DNA of 64,000 nucleotides, taken from positions 2,848,001 to 2,912,000 of the forward strand of contig OZ219754.1 in NCBI GenBank assembly GCA_964291295.2. Reading direction: 5' to 3'. This stretch comes from an uncultured Candidatus Binatia bacterium (GTDB lineage: Bacteria; Desulfobacterota; Binatia; UBA9968; JAJDTQ01). This document shows, piece after piece, positions 12,782 through 23,465 of the stretch. The translations under genes were made by a program, and so were the position numbers. Every line of letters begins with the position of its first letter. The first letter of the stretch is position 1. The notes below the pieces were generated by a model, which saw only the letters and a program-made list of their open reading frames with translations, was not told the DNA's origin and ran no database searches.

Positions 12782-12897
12782 GGAGAAGAGATATCACCGC
12801 GGGCGACGGGTGTGCAAAGCCGCGGCTCTCCTGGACACCGGCCGGACGAAACTGCTATGTCCTGTCTCACCATCAGCCTCCAGTCCCATCTGTCTCC

Positions 12898-14130
12898 ATG
12901 GAAAAATTCGACCTGACCATCATCGGCGGCGGCATCGTGGGGCTGGCCACGGCCATGCGCATGGCGCACCGGCATCCCCGGCTGCGCTGCCTGCTGCTGG
13001 AAAAGGAGCCGGAACTCGCCACCCATCAGACCGGCCACAACAGCGGCGTCCTCCACTCCGGCATCTATTACCGTCCGGGATCGGTCAAGGCCCGGACCTG
13101 CGTCGCCGGCAAGAAGGCGCTCCAGGAATTCTGCGACCAACACGCCATCCGCTACGACCTGTGCGGCAAGGTCATCGTCGCGACGCGCCCGGAAGAGGTG
13201 TCCCGCCTGGACGAACTGCACCGGCGGGCCCAGGCCAACGGCGTGGAGGGTGTCCGCATGATCGATCCCGGGGAGCTCCGGGAGATCGAACCCCACTGCA
13301 CCGGAATCAGGGCGCTCCACGCCCCCTTCACCGGGATCATCGACTTCGGCGCCGTGGCACGGACCTGTGCCCGCCTGTTCCGGACGGCCGGCGGCACCAT
13401 CCGCACCTCCTGCGAGGTCACGGCCATGACCCGATCGCCGGGCAGGTTCGTGATGGACACCACCGGCGAGGCCGTGGAGACACGCACGCTGATCAACTGC
13501 GCAGGGCTGTTCGTCGACCGGGTGGCGGCCATGACCCCCGGGTTCGCATCCCGTGTGCGGGGCGGCATCGACGAGCCCGTGCGCATCGTCCCGTTCCGGG
13601 GTGAATACCATCGGCTCAAGTCGGAAAGGCAGGGACTGGTCAAGGGGCTGGTGTATCCTGTACCCGACCCGCGGTTTCCCTTTCTGGGGGTGCACTTCAC
13701 CCCCACGGTCCACGGCCGCGTGGAGGTGGGCCCCAACGCGGTCCTGGCGTTCGCGCGGCAGGGCTACCGGCAGCGCGACATCAACCTGCGGGATCTGTAC
13801 GAGGTCCTTTCCTACCGCGGCTTCTGGGCCATGGCGCGAAAGCACTGGAAGACGTCCCTGCCGGAGCTCCGGCGCTCGTTCGACAGGCGCGCCTTCACCC
13901 GAGAACTCCAGCGGCTCATTCCGGAGATCCGGTCGGAGGATCTCGAATACAGCGGCGCCGGCGTGCGCGCCCAGGCGGTATCGGCCAGCGGCAGGCTGGT
14001 GGACGACTTCGTCATCGCCGAGTCCGAGGGTGCGGTGCACGTGCTCAACGCGCCGTCGCCCGGCGCCACGTCGTCGTTGGGCATCGCCGACGTCATCTGC
14101 CACACGGCGGCGAAACATCTGGGATCCTGA
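12898..14130 (+). CDS. lhgO: L-2-hydroxyglutarate oxidase family FAD enzyme
   Basis: GGGIVG, HQTGHNSGVLHSGIYY, YPVPDPRFPFLGVH, NAPSPGAT. Confidence 0.9.
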   Translation: MEKFDLTIIGGGIVGLATAMRMAHRHPRLRCLLLEKEPELATHQTGHNSGVLHSGIYYRPGSVKARTCVAGKKALQEFCDQHAIRYDLCGKVIVATRPEEVSRLDELHRRAQANGVEGVRMIDPGELREIEPHCTGIRALHAPFTGIIDFGAVARTCARLFRTAGGTIRTSCEVTAMTRSPGRFVMDTTGEAVETRTLINCAGLFVDRVAAMTPGFASRVRGGIDEPVRIVPFRGEYHRLKSERQGLVKGLVYPVPDPRFPFLGVHFTPTVHGRVEVGPNAVLAFARQGYRQRDINLRDLYEVLSYRGFWAMARKHWKTSLPELRRSFDRRAFTRELQRLIPEIRSEDLEYSGAGVRAQAVSASGRLVDDFVIAESEGAVHVLNAPSPGATSSLGIADVICHTAAKHLGS

Positions 14131-14161
14131 AGACAGGCGGCAGCACCGGGAGGCACCTGCA

Positions 14162-14689
14162 ATGCTCATACAATACAAGGGGCAGCGCCCCAGGATTTCA
14201 CCCCAGGCCTTTGTCGCTCCCACCGCCGTGCTCATCGGCGACGTCACCGTGGAGGCCGGTGCCAGCATCTGGTTCGGCGCGGTGCTCCGTTCCGACGAGA
14301 ACCAGAACCCCATCGTCATCGGCGCCCGGAGCAGCGTTCAGGACAATTGCGTGATGCATTCGGGCGAGGGGGCGGTGATCATCGAAGCGGACGTGACCGT
14401 GGGTCACGCCGCCATCATGGAGGGAGCCACGGTCCGACGATCCGCCATCATCGGCATGAATGCGACGCTGCTGGAAGATACCGAAGTCGGCGAGGAGTCC
14501 CTGGTGGCCGCCGGCAGCGTGCTGGTGCCGCACACCCGCATTCCCCCGCGCTGCCTTGCGGCCGGCAGTCCGGCGAAGGTCAAGAAAGAGATCAGCGGCG
14601 AAGCCCTGAACTGGATCAGGATGGGCTCTTCGACCTACACCGAGCTGTGCAGGAGCTACCTGGGCGGCGACTTCAAGGTGGTGGGCTGA
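14162..14689 (+). CDS. Gamma carbonic anhydrase family (hexapeptide repeat) protein
   Basis: LIGDV, IWFGAVLR, VQDNCVMH, TVGH, AGSPAK; start MLIQYKG. Confidence 0.9.
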   Translation: MLIQYKGQRPRISPQAFVAPTAVLIGDVTVEAGASIWFGAVLRSDENQNPIVIGARSSVQDNCVMHSGEGAVIIEADVTVGHAAIMEGATVRRSAIIGMNATLLEDTEVGEESLVAAGSVLVPHTRIPPRCLAAGSPAKVKKEISGEALNWIRMGSSTYTELCRSYLGGDFKVVG

Positions 14690-14710
14690 CACCGCGCCCG
14701 GCACCGGGTC

Positions 14711-15532
14711 CTATCGCTGGCACCGGGGACAGTAGAAGGCGCCGCGGTTCCCGAGCCCGATGCGCTTGATGGCGGTGCCGCATCCGTAACAGGGCGCGCC
14801 CTTTCTGTCGTAGACTCGCAGACGCCACTGGAAGCCGCCGCGCCGGTCGTTGCCGTCGCGGTAGTCCGATACCGAACTGCCGCGCCATCGGATGGCCTCG
14901 CGCAGCAGCGCACGGGTCGCACGCGCCAGTTCGGCGCACCGCGCCCTGGATATGCGGTGGCTCCGGCGGGTGGGACGAAGCCCGATCCGGAACAGCACTT
15001 CGTTGACGTAGATGTTGCCGAGCCCGCAGACCACCTGCTGGTCCAGCAGCAGGTCCCGGATGGTTCTGCGGGAACGGTGCAGGAAGGGTTGGAGGTAGTC
15101 GCCGGTGAAGCGGCGGTCCAGCGGATCCAGGCCGAGTCTTGCAAAGGGCGGCCAAGCCTCCAGCTCCCGGCTGCGCAAGAGCACACAGAGCCCGAACCGG
15201 CGCGGGTCGTGGTAGCGGAGCTCGCCGCCGTCATCAAGCGTGAAGACCAGGTGGTCGTGCTTCTCCACGGGCGCGTCCGGCTCCCGGAACGCCAGCTTGC
15301 CCGACATCCCCAGATGTGAGACCCAGGTCCACCCCGCCTCCAGTGCCGTCACGATATACTTGCCGCGCCGGGTGACCGCGGCCACCCGGCGTCCCTCCAG
15401 GGTCTCCGCGAAGTCCCCGGCCACGGGCTGACGCAAGCGCCCCTCGATGACCCGCACCCGGACTATTCTCACGCCGCAAAGCCGCTCCCGCAGAGTGCGG
15501 CACACGGTCTCGACCTCAGGCAGCTCCGGCAC
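14711..15532 (-). CDS. mutM: Formamidopyrimidine-DNA glycosylase
   Basis: GTG start, PELPEVETV, HLGMSG, DPRRFG, GLGNIY, C-terminal zinc finger. Confidence 0.96.
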   Translation of the reverse strand: MPELPEVETVCRTLRERLCGVRIVRVRVIEGRLRQPVAGDFAETLEGRRVAAVTRRGKYIVTALEAGWTWVSHLGMSGKLAFREPDAPVEKHDHLVFTLDDGGELRYHDPRRFGLCVLLRSRELEAWPPFARLGLDPLDRRFTGDYLQPFLHRSRRTIRDLLLDQQVVCGLGNIYVNEVLFRIGLRPTRRSHRISRARCAELARATRALLREAIRWRGSSVSDYRDGNDRRGGFQWRLRVYDRKGAPCYGCGTAIKRIGLGNRGAFYCPRCQR

Positions 15533-16388
15533 GACTGCCGCTCCCCTGTGCGCCGCCGGCCTCCCCGAACGCGCGGGCAAGCCGGGAGAATTCCCGCAGG
15601 TCCAACGTCTCGGCCCGACGCCGGGGATCGATGGCGGCCCGGCCGAAGATGTCCCGAGCCCGGGCATGGAACAGACCCGCCAAGGCGTTGCCCAGCATCT
15701 TGCGCCGCCGGGCAAAGCCCGCACGCACCACCATCCGCAGCAACGACACCTCTTCGACCGGAACCAGCGGCTCCCGGTCCGGCTCGATCCTCAGCAGCAT
15801 CGACTCCACCCTGGGTCTGGGCGTGAACGCCTCCCGGGACACCGCCACCTTCCGGGTCACCCGCCCGTAGAGCCGGCACCAGACCGAAAGGGCTCCATAG
15901 GGAGGCGTTCCCGGCGGCGCCGCGAGCCTCCGGGCGACCTCCTTCTGCAACATGACCACCAGCACGGAGAAACGCGGGCCAGCCTCGAAGAACCGCAGCA
16001 GCATGGGTGCGGCCACGCTGTACGGAAGATTGGCCACCACCTTGACTCCCTCCCCGGGCAGCAGCCGATGGAAGTCCGTGGCCAGCACATCCTCGTGGAG
16101 GAGCTGGAAGCCCGGGCAGGACCCGAGCGGGCCGTCCCGGAGCCACCGCACCAGCAACGGGTCCACTTCCACGGCCCAGACCTTCCGCCTCCGCCCCACC
16201 AGACCGCGGGTGACGAACCCGAGGCCCGGCCCCACCTCGAGGATGCGGTCGTCTTCGCCCAGGTCGAGAAGCTGAAGGATGGTATCGATGACGCGCTCAT
16301 GCACGAGAAAGTTCTGCCCGCGCGCCCGGCTGGGTGTGAACCCCAGCCGGCGCCAAGCCGTCCTTGCCTCCTGGTGAAGCGTCGTCAT
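15516..16388 (-). CDS. rsmA: 16S rRNA adenine dimethyltransferase
   Basis: GQNFL, LEVGPGLG, VANLPY, MLQKEVA, RRAETL. Confidence 0.95.
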   Translation of the reverse strand: MTTLHQEARTAWRRLGFTPSRARGQNFLVHERVIDTILQLLDLGEDDRILEVGPGLGFVTRGLVGRRRKVWAVEVDPLLVRWLRDGPLGSCPGFQLLHEDVLATDFHRLLPGEGVKVVANLPYSVAAPMLLRFFEAGPRFSVLVVMLQKEVARRLAAPPGTPPYGALSVWCRLYGRVTRKVAVSREAFTPRPRVESMLLRIEPDREPLVPVEEVSLLRMVVRAGFARRRKMLGNALAGLFHARARDIFGRAAIDPRRRAETLDLREFSRLARAFGEAGGAQGSGSRAGAA

Positions 16389-16451
16389 GTCGAAACCGCC
16401 GCCGGCAGAGCGTCGGGGTGGGTCGTCGGGGCGCCGGGCAGACACCTCGGG

Positions 16452-17447
16452 TCAGAGGATCAGCGCGGGGTCGGCATTCAGACGCGGACCGCTTCGACCG
16501 CCCTGTCCCAGCCGGTGGCTCCCCACCAGCGCCACCATCGCACCATTGTCGGTACAGAAACGCGGTGACGGGTAGTAGAGTTCGGCCCCGACCGCGGCGG
16601 CCTTTTCCGCCATCTTGCCGCGAAGACGGCTGTTGGCGGAGACCCCCCCGCCCAGGACGATGCGCATGATGCCGAACTCCGCCACCGCCGCCAGGGTCGG
16701 GGCGATGAGCATGTCCACCACCGCCTCCTGAAAGCTGGCCGCGATATCCGCCATGGCGTCACGCCAGTCGTCCGGCCGCTTGCGAGTGAGGTAGTGCCAG
16801 ACGGACGTCTTCAGGCCGCTGAAGCTGAAGTCATAGGGGGTGCGCAGGCGCGCCCGGGGAAAAGCGACGGCCCGGGGGTCGCCCTGTCTGGCCAGGTCGT
16901 CGATAACCCTGCCGCCGGGAAAGCCCAGCCCCATCATCTTGGCGACCTTGTCGTAGGCTTCGCCGGCGGCGTCGTCGAGGGTGCCCCCCAGATGCTGGTA
17001 TTCGCCGAACCCCCGCACCACGTAGAGCAGCGTGTGCCCCCCGGAAGCCACCAGCGCCAGGTAGGGGAAGTCCACTTCCTTCTCAAGAAAGATGGACAGC
17101 ACGTGCGCTTCCAGATGGTTGACGCCCACGTACGGTATCCCGGAACGAAAGGACCAGCCCTTGACGAAGGAGAGGCCCACCAGGAGCGAGCCGGTCAATC
17201 CGGGTCCGCAGGTGACCGCAAGGCCGTCCAGCTCCCCAGGGGCCACCCCCGCCTGCTCCAGCGCCCGGTCCACCATGGGTTCGATGGCGCGAACATGTTG
17301 CCGCGAGGCCATCTCCGGAACGATACCGCCGAAGGGTGCGTGCAGAGCGTCCTGGGAAGAGACCAGGTTCGCACGCACGGCCCGGCCGTCTTCGAGAACG
17401 GCCGCCGCGGTATCGTCGCAGGACGTCTCGACACCCATCACGATCAC
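16452..17447 (-). CDS. tsaD: tRNA t6A threonylcarbamoyltransferase TsaD
   Basis: GVETSCDDT, GGIVPEMASRQH, HLEAH, SGGHT, DNGAM; GGAGG RBS. Confidence 0.97.
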   Translation of the reverse strand: MIVMGVETSCDDTAAAVLEDGRAVRANLVSSQDALHAPFGGIVPEMASRQHVRAIEPMVDRALEQAGVAPGELDGLAVTCGPGLTGSLLVGLSFVKGWSFRSGIPYVGVNHLEAHVLSIFLEKEVDFPYLALVASGGHTLLYVVRGFGEYQHLGGTLDDAAGEAYDKVAKMMGLGFPGGRVIDDLARQGDPRAVAFPRARLRTPYDFSFSGLKTSVWHYLTRKRPDDWRDAMADIAASFQEAVVDMLIAPTLAAVAEFGIMRIVLGGGVSANSRLRGKMAEKAAAVGAELYYPSPRFCTDNGAMVALVGSHRLGQGGRSGPRLNADPALIL

Positions 17448-17475
17448 GAGTCACCTCCGTCGAGTTTCGTGGCGG

Positions 17476-18048
17476 CTACCATGACTTTGTCCTCGAACGT
17501 TGCCTGCTCGAAATCAGGCCGCGCTTGGCCGAGGGGTTGGACGGATCCATGGAAAGGGCCCTCCGATAGGCCGCTCCCGCGGCATCGAACTGCCCCAACG
17601 CACGGTGGTTGTCCCCGCGCAGAACCAGACTCCGCACCAGCCATGGCGGATCGTTGCCCAGCATGGGCTCGGCAACATCCAGGAAATCCAGCGAAGCCTT
17701 GAAGTTGCCCAACTGGTGGTGGGCCCGCGCGATGTAGTAGTGAACATGGGGACTGCTGCCACCGGTTGAAAGGCTCTTCTCAAGCTCGGACAGCGCAAGG
17801 GTGTAGTGACCGGACCGGAGCAACCGCTTGGCCCGCTCGATCATGCGCGTCGAGGCGACACGCCGGGACGACGCACCACGCTTCATGCGAAGGCTGCGGT
17901 CGGCGAGGGCACCGGGCGCCGCCTCCGGGCCGTCGCGCCGGGACTCCGCCACCGCGGCAACGGAGGGGCCATACCCTGCGGGAGACCCGCAGGCCGACAC
18001 AATGGAAACCGCCGCGACCCATGCCGCGGTCCGGAACAGCCACTTCAA
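17476..18048 (-). CDS. TPR-repeat lipoprotein (start uncertain)
   Basis: Lipobox-like AAVSIVSA-C; TPR helices YYIARAHHQLG, LRGDNHRALGQFDAAGAAYRRAL; directly after the PBP1B gene. Confidence 0.7.
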   Translation of the reverse strand: MKWLFRTAAWVAAVSIVSACGSPAGYGPSVAAVAESRRDGPEAAPGALADRSLRMKRGASSRRVASTRMIERAKRLLRSGHYTLALSELEKSLSTGGSSPHVHYYIARAHHQLGNFKASLDFLDVAEPMLGNDPPWLVRSLVLRGDNHRALGQFDAAGAAYRRALSMDPSNPSAKRGLISSRQRSRTKSW

Positions 18049-18092
18049 CCGGCCCGCCGCGCGGCAACAGGGCGGGACGCGGCAACCGCCCC

Positions 18093-20366
18093 CTATCCGC
18101 ATGTCTCCACCGGCGCCGCGCATTCCGTTCGCGGGACTCCGTCCGCACAGCGCGGCACGCGCGGGTCGGCCTCGAACGCGGAAGCCCGGGGAGGGGCCAC
18201 GAAATCGGTCACGGGCAGTCTGCGGGTGGCCTTCTTCATGAAGTCCGTCCATATCGGCAAGGCCGCCTGGGAGCCCGCCAGACCCAATTTCGACTGACGA
18301 TCGAAACCGACCCAGACCAGCGCCAACAGGTCGGGCGTATAGCCCGCGAACCAGGCGTCCCTGGCATCGTTGGTGGTGCCGGTCTTGCCCGCCGCGGGGC
18401 GGGTGAAACCCTGCAGGCGCGCACTCCGGGCGGTGCCCCGGTCCACCACGCCCCGCAGCATGTTGTTCAGGTCGTGGGCAACCTCGGGCGACACCACTCG
18501 TTTCACCCGGATGTTGCGCTTTGCCAGCACGTTCCCGTTGCGGCCCACCACGTTCTTGATGGACAGCAGATGGGTGCAGACGCCGTTGTTGGCCAAGGCC
18601 GAAAAGGCGCCCGCCATCTCAAGGGGCGTCACCTCCACCGCACCCAGGGCAAGGGACGGCAGCAGCGGCAGGCGGCTCCGGATCCCCATACTGTACGCCA
18701 TCTCGCGTACCCTGTGGATGCCCACATCCCGGGCGATGCGGGCCGTGGCGGCGTTCAGGGACTTCTCCATGGCCTCGCGCAGGGTCACCCGGCCGTAGTA
18801 CCGCCGCTTGTAGTTTTCCGGAGCCCAGTTTTGCCGGCCAAAGCTCCAGGTGAACGGCGCGTCCTCCACGAACGTGCCGCTGTGATAGGGTGTACGATCC
18901 TGCGCCGACCCATGGGTCAGTGCCGCCAGGTAGACGAAGGGCTTGAACACCGAGCCGGGTTGACGCTTGGCCTGGGCCACCCGGTTGAACTGCGACTTGC
19001 CGTAGTTCCGCCCGCCAACCATGGCCTTGATCTCTCCGGTGGGCGGCCGAATCACCACGAGAGCGCCTTCGAGGTCGTCCGTCCTGGCGATCCTGCGCAG
19101 GCGGTCATGGCTCTTTTCGAGCTTCGTGAGGCCCCCGGACACGGCCGTCACCGCCGCCTGCTGGAGCTCCAGATCCAGACTCGTGAAGATCCGCAGCCCC
19201 TCCGTCATCAGGACGTCGTTGCTGTATTTGTAGCGGGTGGCCAGTTCCTTCTTCACGTAATCGGTGAACCAGGGCGCGCTGTTGGTGACCCGTACCGGCT
19301 CCCGCTCTTCGAAGACCTCCTGCAATGCCCGCTCATAGGCCCGGCGCGTGATGATGCCGTCCCCGGCCAGCTTGCCCAGCACGACGTTGCGCCGCCGGGT
19401 CGCCTCCCGCACGTCCCGGTACGGCGAATACCGATTGGGCGCCCTGATGAGACCGGCCAGCATGGCCGTCTCGCCGACGGTCAGCTGCTCGGGCTCCTTC
19501 GCGAAGTAAAAGCGCGCGGCCTCCCAGATGCCGAAGATCCCCTGCGAGCCGTTCTGCCCGAGATAGATCTCGTTGAGATAGTTCTCCAGGATCCGATCCT
19601 TGCCGTACAACCACTCCGTCACCAGCGCCATGAGCGCTTCCTTGACCTTGCGCTTGAGTGTCCGGTCGCTCTCGAGGAAGAAGTTCTTGACCAACTGCTG
19701 GGTCAAGGTACTGCCGCCCTGCACGACGCCGCCCCGCCGCAGGTTGGCCACGAACGCCCGCAGCACCGCTACCGGATCGACGCCGCGGTGATAGTAGAAG
19801 CGTTCGTCCTCCACCGCCAGCACCACCTTCCTCAATCTGACCGGCACCTCATCCAGGCGCACCACCCGCCGTTGTTCACGGACGCGGTCATAGAACCCGG
19901 TCACCACCTCCGGTTCCAGCTCGAGTGACGGCAGGACTTCCCCGCTGTCCAGGCGCTGAATGCGGTGGATGGTCCCGGATTTCAGGGAGATGCGTATGGG
20001 AAAGCCCTGGAAGTCCCGCAGCGGGTACTGGAAATCATGAAGAAAGACCTCGATGACCGCGGCTCGGCCGTGAACCCTGTATTCCCCCTTGAACTTCGGC
20101 TCGTTCCTTGAAGGGCGATAGCCCAGACGCCGCAGCTTCTCGCGAAGCTGACCCACCTGGACGCCCATCCCGGGATAGAGGATCTTGCTGTCCGCGTAGA
20201 TCGTCGAGGGGAAGTCCCACTTGCGCCCCTCGAACTTTGCCACCACCACCCCCCTCAGATGCCAGACATACCACCCGCCCAGACCCAGTCCCGCCACCAC
20301 CAACAGCAGGAACAACACCGCCGTGATCTTGACGAGCCGCCGGAAGATCCTCTTGAAGGCCTTCAT
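18093..20366 (-). CDS. mrcB: Bifunctional class A penicillin-binding protein, PBP1B-like
   Basis: N-terminal TM, UB2H-like LRRLGYR segment, TG motifs EDERF/GGSTLTQQ/YLNEIYLG, TP motifs SVFK/SLN/KTG. Confidence 0.9.
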   Translation of the reverse strand: MKAFKRIFRRLVKITAVLFLLLVVAGLGLGGWYVWHLRGVVVAKFEGRKWDFPSTIYADSKILYPGMGVQVGQLREKLRRLGYRPSRNEPKFKGEYRVHGRAAVIEVFLHDFQYPLRDFQGFPIRISLKSGTIHRIQRLDSGEVLPSLELEPEVVTGFYDRVREQRRVVRLDEVPVRLRKVVLAVEDERFYYHRGVDPVAVLRAFVANLRRGGVVQGGSTLTQQLVKNFFLESDRTLKRKVKEALMALVTEWLYGKDRILENYLNEIYLGQNGSQGIFGIWEAARFYFAKEPEQLTVGETAMLAGLIRAPNRYSPYRDVREATRRRNVVLGKLAGDGIITRRAYERALQEVFEEREPVRVTNSAPWFTDYVKKELATRYKYSNDVLMTEGLRIFTSLDLELQQAAVTAVSGGLTKLEKSHDRLRRIARTDDLEGALVVIRPPTGEIKAMVGGRNYGKSQFNRVAQAKRQPGSVFKPFVYLAALTHGSAQDRTPYHSGTFVEDAPFTWSFGRQNWAPENYKRRYYGRVTLREAMEKSLNAATARIARDVGIHRVREMAYSMGIRSRLPLLPSLALGAVEVTPLEMAGAFSALANNGVCTHLLSIKNVVGRNGNVLAKRNIRVKRVVSPEVAHDLNNMLRGVVDRGTARSARLQGFTRPAAGKTGTTNDARDAWFAGYTPDLLALVWVGFDRQSKLGLAGSQAALPIWTDFMKKATRRLPVTDFVAPPRASAFEADPRVPRCADGVPRTECAAPVETCG

Positions 20367-20378
20367 GGTCCGGGCTCT

Positions 20379-21797
20379 TCAACGAGGGAGTCGCAACGCG
20401 AGGAAAATGGTGGTGTCTTCACGCCGTATCAGAAAGAGGATGCCGCTTCCTTTCGCCAGCTTGTCGACAATCTGCCTGAAATCGCCGAGCCCGGCGATCC
20501 GTTGGCGGTCGATTTCGAGAATGACGTCGCCGACCCGGATTCCCGCCCGGTCCGCCGGGCTGCCCGACTCCACCGCCGTGACCACGACGCCGCCCCTGTC
20601 CGGCGTTCCCGGGCCACGCCGCAGGTCGGGCGTCAGTGCCCGTACGGTCAGGCCGAGCCCGCTGCCTTCCTCCAGCGCCGCCGCCTCGTCGTCACTCAGG
20701 CGGCCGATCTCCACCTTGAGCGTGACGCGACGCCCGTTGCGCACCACCGCGATGTCCACGAGGCTTCCCACCGGAGTCCGGGCCACCACCAGCGAAAGCT
20801 CGCTGGATCGGGTGACGGGAGTGTCGTCGAACGTGACGATGACATCGCCCACCTCCACTCCGGCCGACTCCGCGGGGCTTCCCTTGGCCACATTGGCCAC
20901 CAGGGCCCCGCCAGGGTCGGCCATGCCCAGCGCCTCGGCCATTTCCGCGTCGACATCCTGTATGACGACGCCCAGCCAGCCGCGGGTGACCTTGCCCTCG
21001 TCCTTGAGTTCCGAGAGCAGTCCCTTGACCAGGTTGATGGGGATCGCGAAGCCGATGCCGATGTTCCCGCCGCCGCGGCTGAAGATGGCGGTATTGACTC
21101 CCACCACCTCGCCTCGCAGATTGATCAGCGGTCCGCCCGAATTGCCGGGATTGATGGAAGCATCGGTCTGGATGAAATTGTCGTAGGGGCCGGCGCCGAT
21201 TCGACGTCCCTTGGCGCTGACGATGCCTGATGTCACCGTGAGCTCGAGACCGAAGGGATTGCCGATGGCCAGCACCCACTCGCCCACTTCCAGGGCCGCC
21301 GAGTCTCCCAGCACTGCCACCGGCAACTCGCGCTCGACGTCGACCTTGATCAATGCGATATCGGTCCTGGGGTCCCGGCCGACGACCCGGGCCGCGTGCT
21401 CCGACCCGTCCGCCAGCTTGACCGTCAGGTCGTGCCCATCTTCCACCACGTGGTCATTGGTGAGAATGTAGCCCGCGGGATCGACGACAAAACCGGAACC
21501 CACGCTGAGGCGCGGACTCGGCGACGGGCTGCGGGGAAAACGTTCGCCGAAAAAGCGCCGCCAGAAATCGCTGAAGGGATCCTCCTCGCGGAAGCGCCCC
21601 GGACCGGACGACGATTGCGTGGAAGGCGTCGAGGAAATATGCACCACCAGCGGCCGCACCTGCTTCGAGAGGGTGACGAAATCCGGCAGACTCATGCGCG
21701 TGGTGGTGCCGGCCCGGGACACCCCCGCGGCAAGCAGGACCATGCAGGCCAGCACCACCACGCGCATGCGCGCGCGTCCTTGAGTGACCGGGGTCAT
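20379..21797 (-). CDS. Do/DegQ family serine endoprotease with two PDZ domains
   Basis: GSGF, LTNDHV, DIAL, QTDASINPGNSGG, GWLGV. Confidence 0.95.
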   Translation of the reverse strand: MTPVTQGRARMRVVVLACMVLLAAGVSRAGTTTRMSLPDFVTLSKQVRPLVVHISSTPSTQSSSGPGRFREEDPFSDFWRRFFGERFPRSPSPSPRLSVGSGFVVDPAGYILTNDHVVEDGHDLTVKLADGSEHAARVVGRDPRTDIALIKVDVERELPVAVLGDSAALEVGEWVLAIGNPFGLELTVTSGIVSAKGRRIGAGPYDNFIQTDASINPGNSGGPLINLRGEVVGVNTAIFSRGGGNIGIGFAIPINLVKGLLSELKDEGKVTRGWLGVVIQDVDAEMAEALGMADPGGALVANVAKGSPAESAGVEVGDVIVTFDDTPVTRSSELSLVVARTPVGSLVDIAVVRNGRRVTLKVEIGRLSDDEAAALEEGSGLGLTVRALTPDLRRGPGTPDRGGVVVTAVESGSPADRAGIRVGDVILEIDRQRIAGLGDFRQIVDKLAKGSGILFLIRREDTTIFLALRLPR

Positions 21798-22234
21798 GGG
21801 GTTCGAACCGCCTCCACGTACTTCATCCTGAGGTTGTACAGCACTTCCCGAACCAGCTGTTCCTCGGTGTCATCCAGATTCCCCTTGCTCTTCTCACCGA
21901 GCATGCCGATGATGTCGATGGTCTGCCTGGCGACGGCCACGTCCTTCTCCACCTTGCCGGTGACAGGATCGTCCATCTCTCCGAGGTGCATGAGGGCCTG
22001 GGTGCTCAGGCTGATGATGAACGTGGAAAAGTTGATGGACGGCAACTCTTCCCGCCGCTCTTTCCCTTCCACGCCCGGACTCGCCTCCGGCTTCGGACGA
22101 GGCTCGGAAACAGGGCCTTTCGGCACCGCCTGCGCCGGCCCGGCCACCGCCTCTTCACGCGCCTCGCCCTCATCGGTGAAGCGCCGCCGGTCTTGTACCT
22201 TGAATCCCCGCTGTTCGTCTGTTTCCCCGCTCAT
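21794..22234 (-). CDS. DUF1844-like protein
   Basis: FKVQDRRRF, FSTFIISL..QALMHLG, ARQTIDII.ML..K.KGNL. Confidence 0.85.
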   Translation of the reverse strand: MSGETDEQRGFKVQDRRRFTDEGEAREEAVAGPAQAVPKGPVSEPRPKPEASPGVEGKERREELPSINFSTFIISLSTQALMHLGEMDDPVTGKVEKDVAVARQTIDIIGMLGEKSKGNLDDTEEQLVREVLYNLRMKYVEAVRTP

Positions 22235-22258
22235 GCGCTCTCCTCCGCGTATTCGACT

Positions 22259-22287
22259 ATTATTGATTCAGCCTCACGGAGTGTCAA
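22259..22287 (-). promoter_or_regulatory. Sigma70 promoter for the DUF1844-degQ-mrcB operon
   Basis: Minus strand TTGACA (22282-22287)-N17-AATAAT (22259-22264). Confidence 0.65.
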
Positions 22288-22318
22288 GGTGAAGGCGGTG
22301 CCGAGGCCGGGGCGGCCA

Positions 22319-22347
22319 TTGACATCGAGCCCGCCGGACTCTATATC
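22319..22347 (+). promoter_or_regulatory. Sigma70 promoter for cysK
   Basis: TTGACA-N17-TATATC, back-to-back with the leftward promoter. Confidence 0.6.
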
Positions 22348-22380
22348 GTGGCTGACCGAGACGGTTCCAACCTCCGACCC

Positions 22381-23301
<921 letters not shown>

Positions 23302-23370
23302 GTCCCGCGCGGTCACCCGGTTTTCAAGAACACCGATTTCTGTTAACCCTTGAAGCTCTCGGTCCGAGCC

Positions 23371-23448
23371 GTCCCCGTCGTCTAGCCTGGCCCAGGACAC
23401 CGGCCTTTCACGCCGGCAACACGGGTTCAAATCCCGTCGGGGACGCCA
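23371..23448 (+). tRNA. tRNA-Glu (TTC)
   Basis: GTCCCCG/CGGGGAC acceptor stem, CCGGC-CT TTC AC-GCCGG anticodon arm, GGTTCAAATCC, encoded CCA. Confidence 0.96.
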
Positions 23449-23465
23449 GCCCCCACGCCCCCTCC

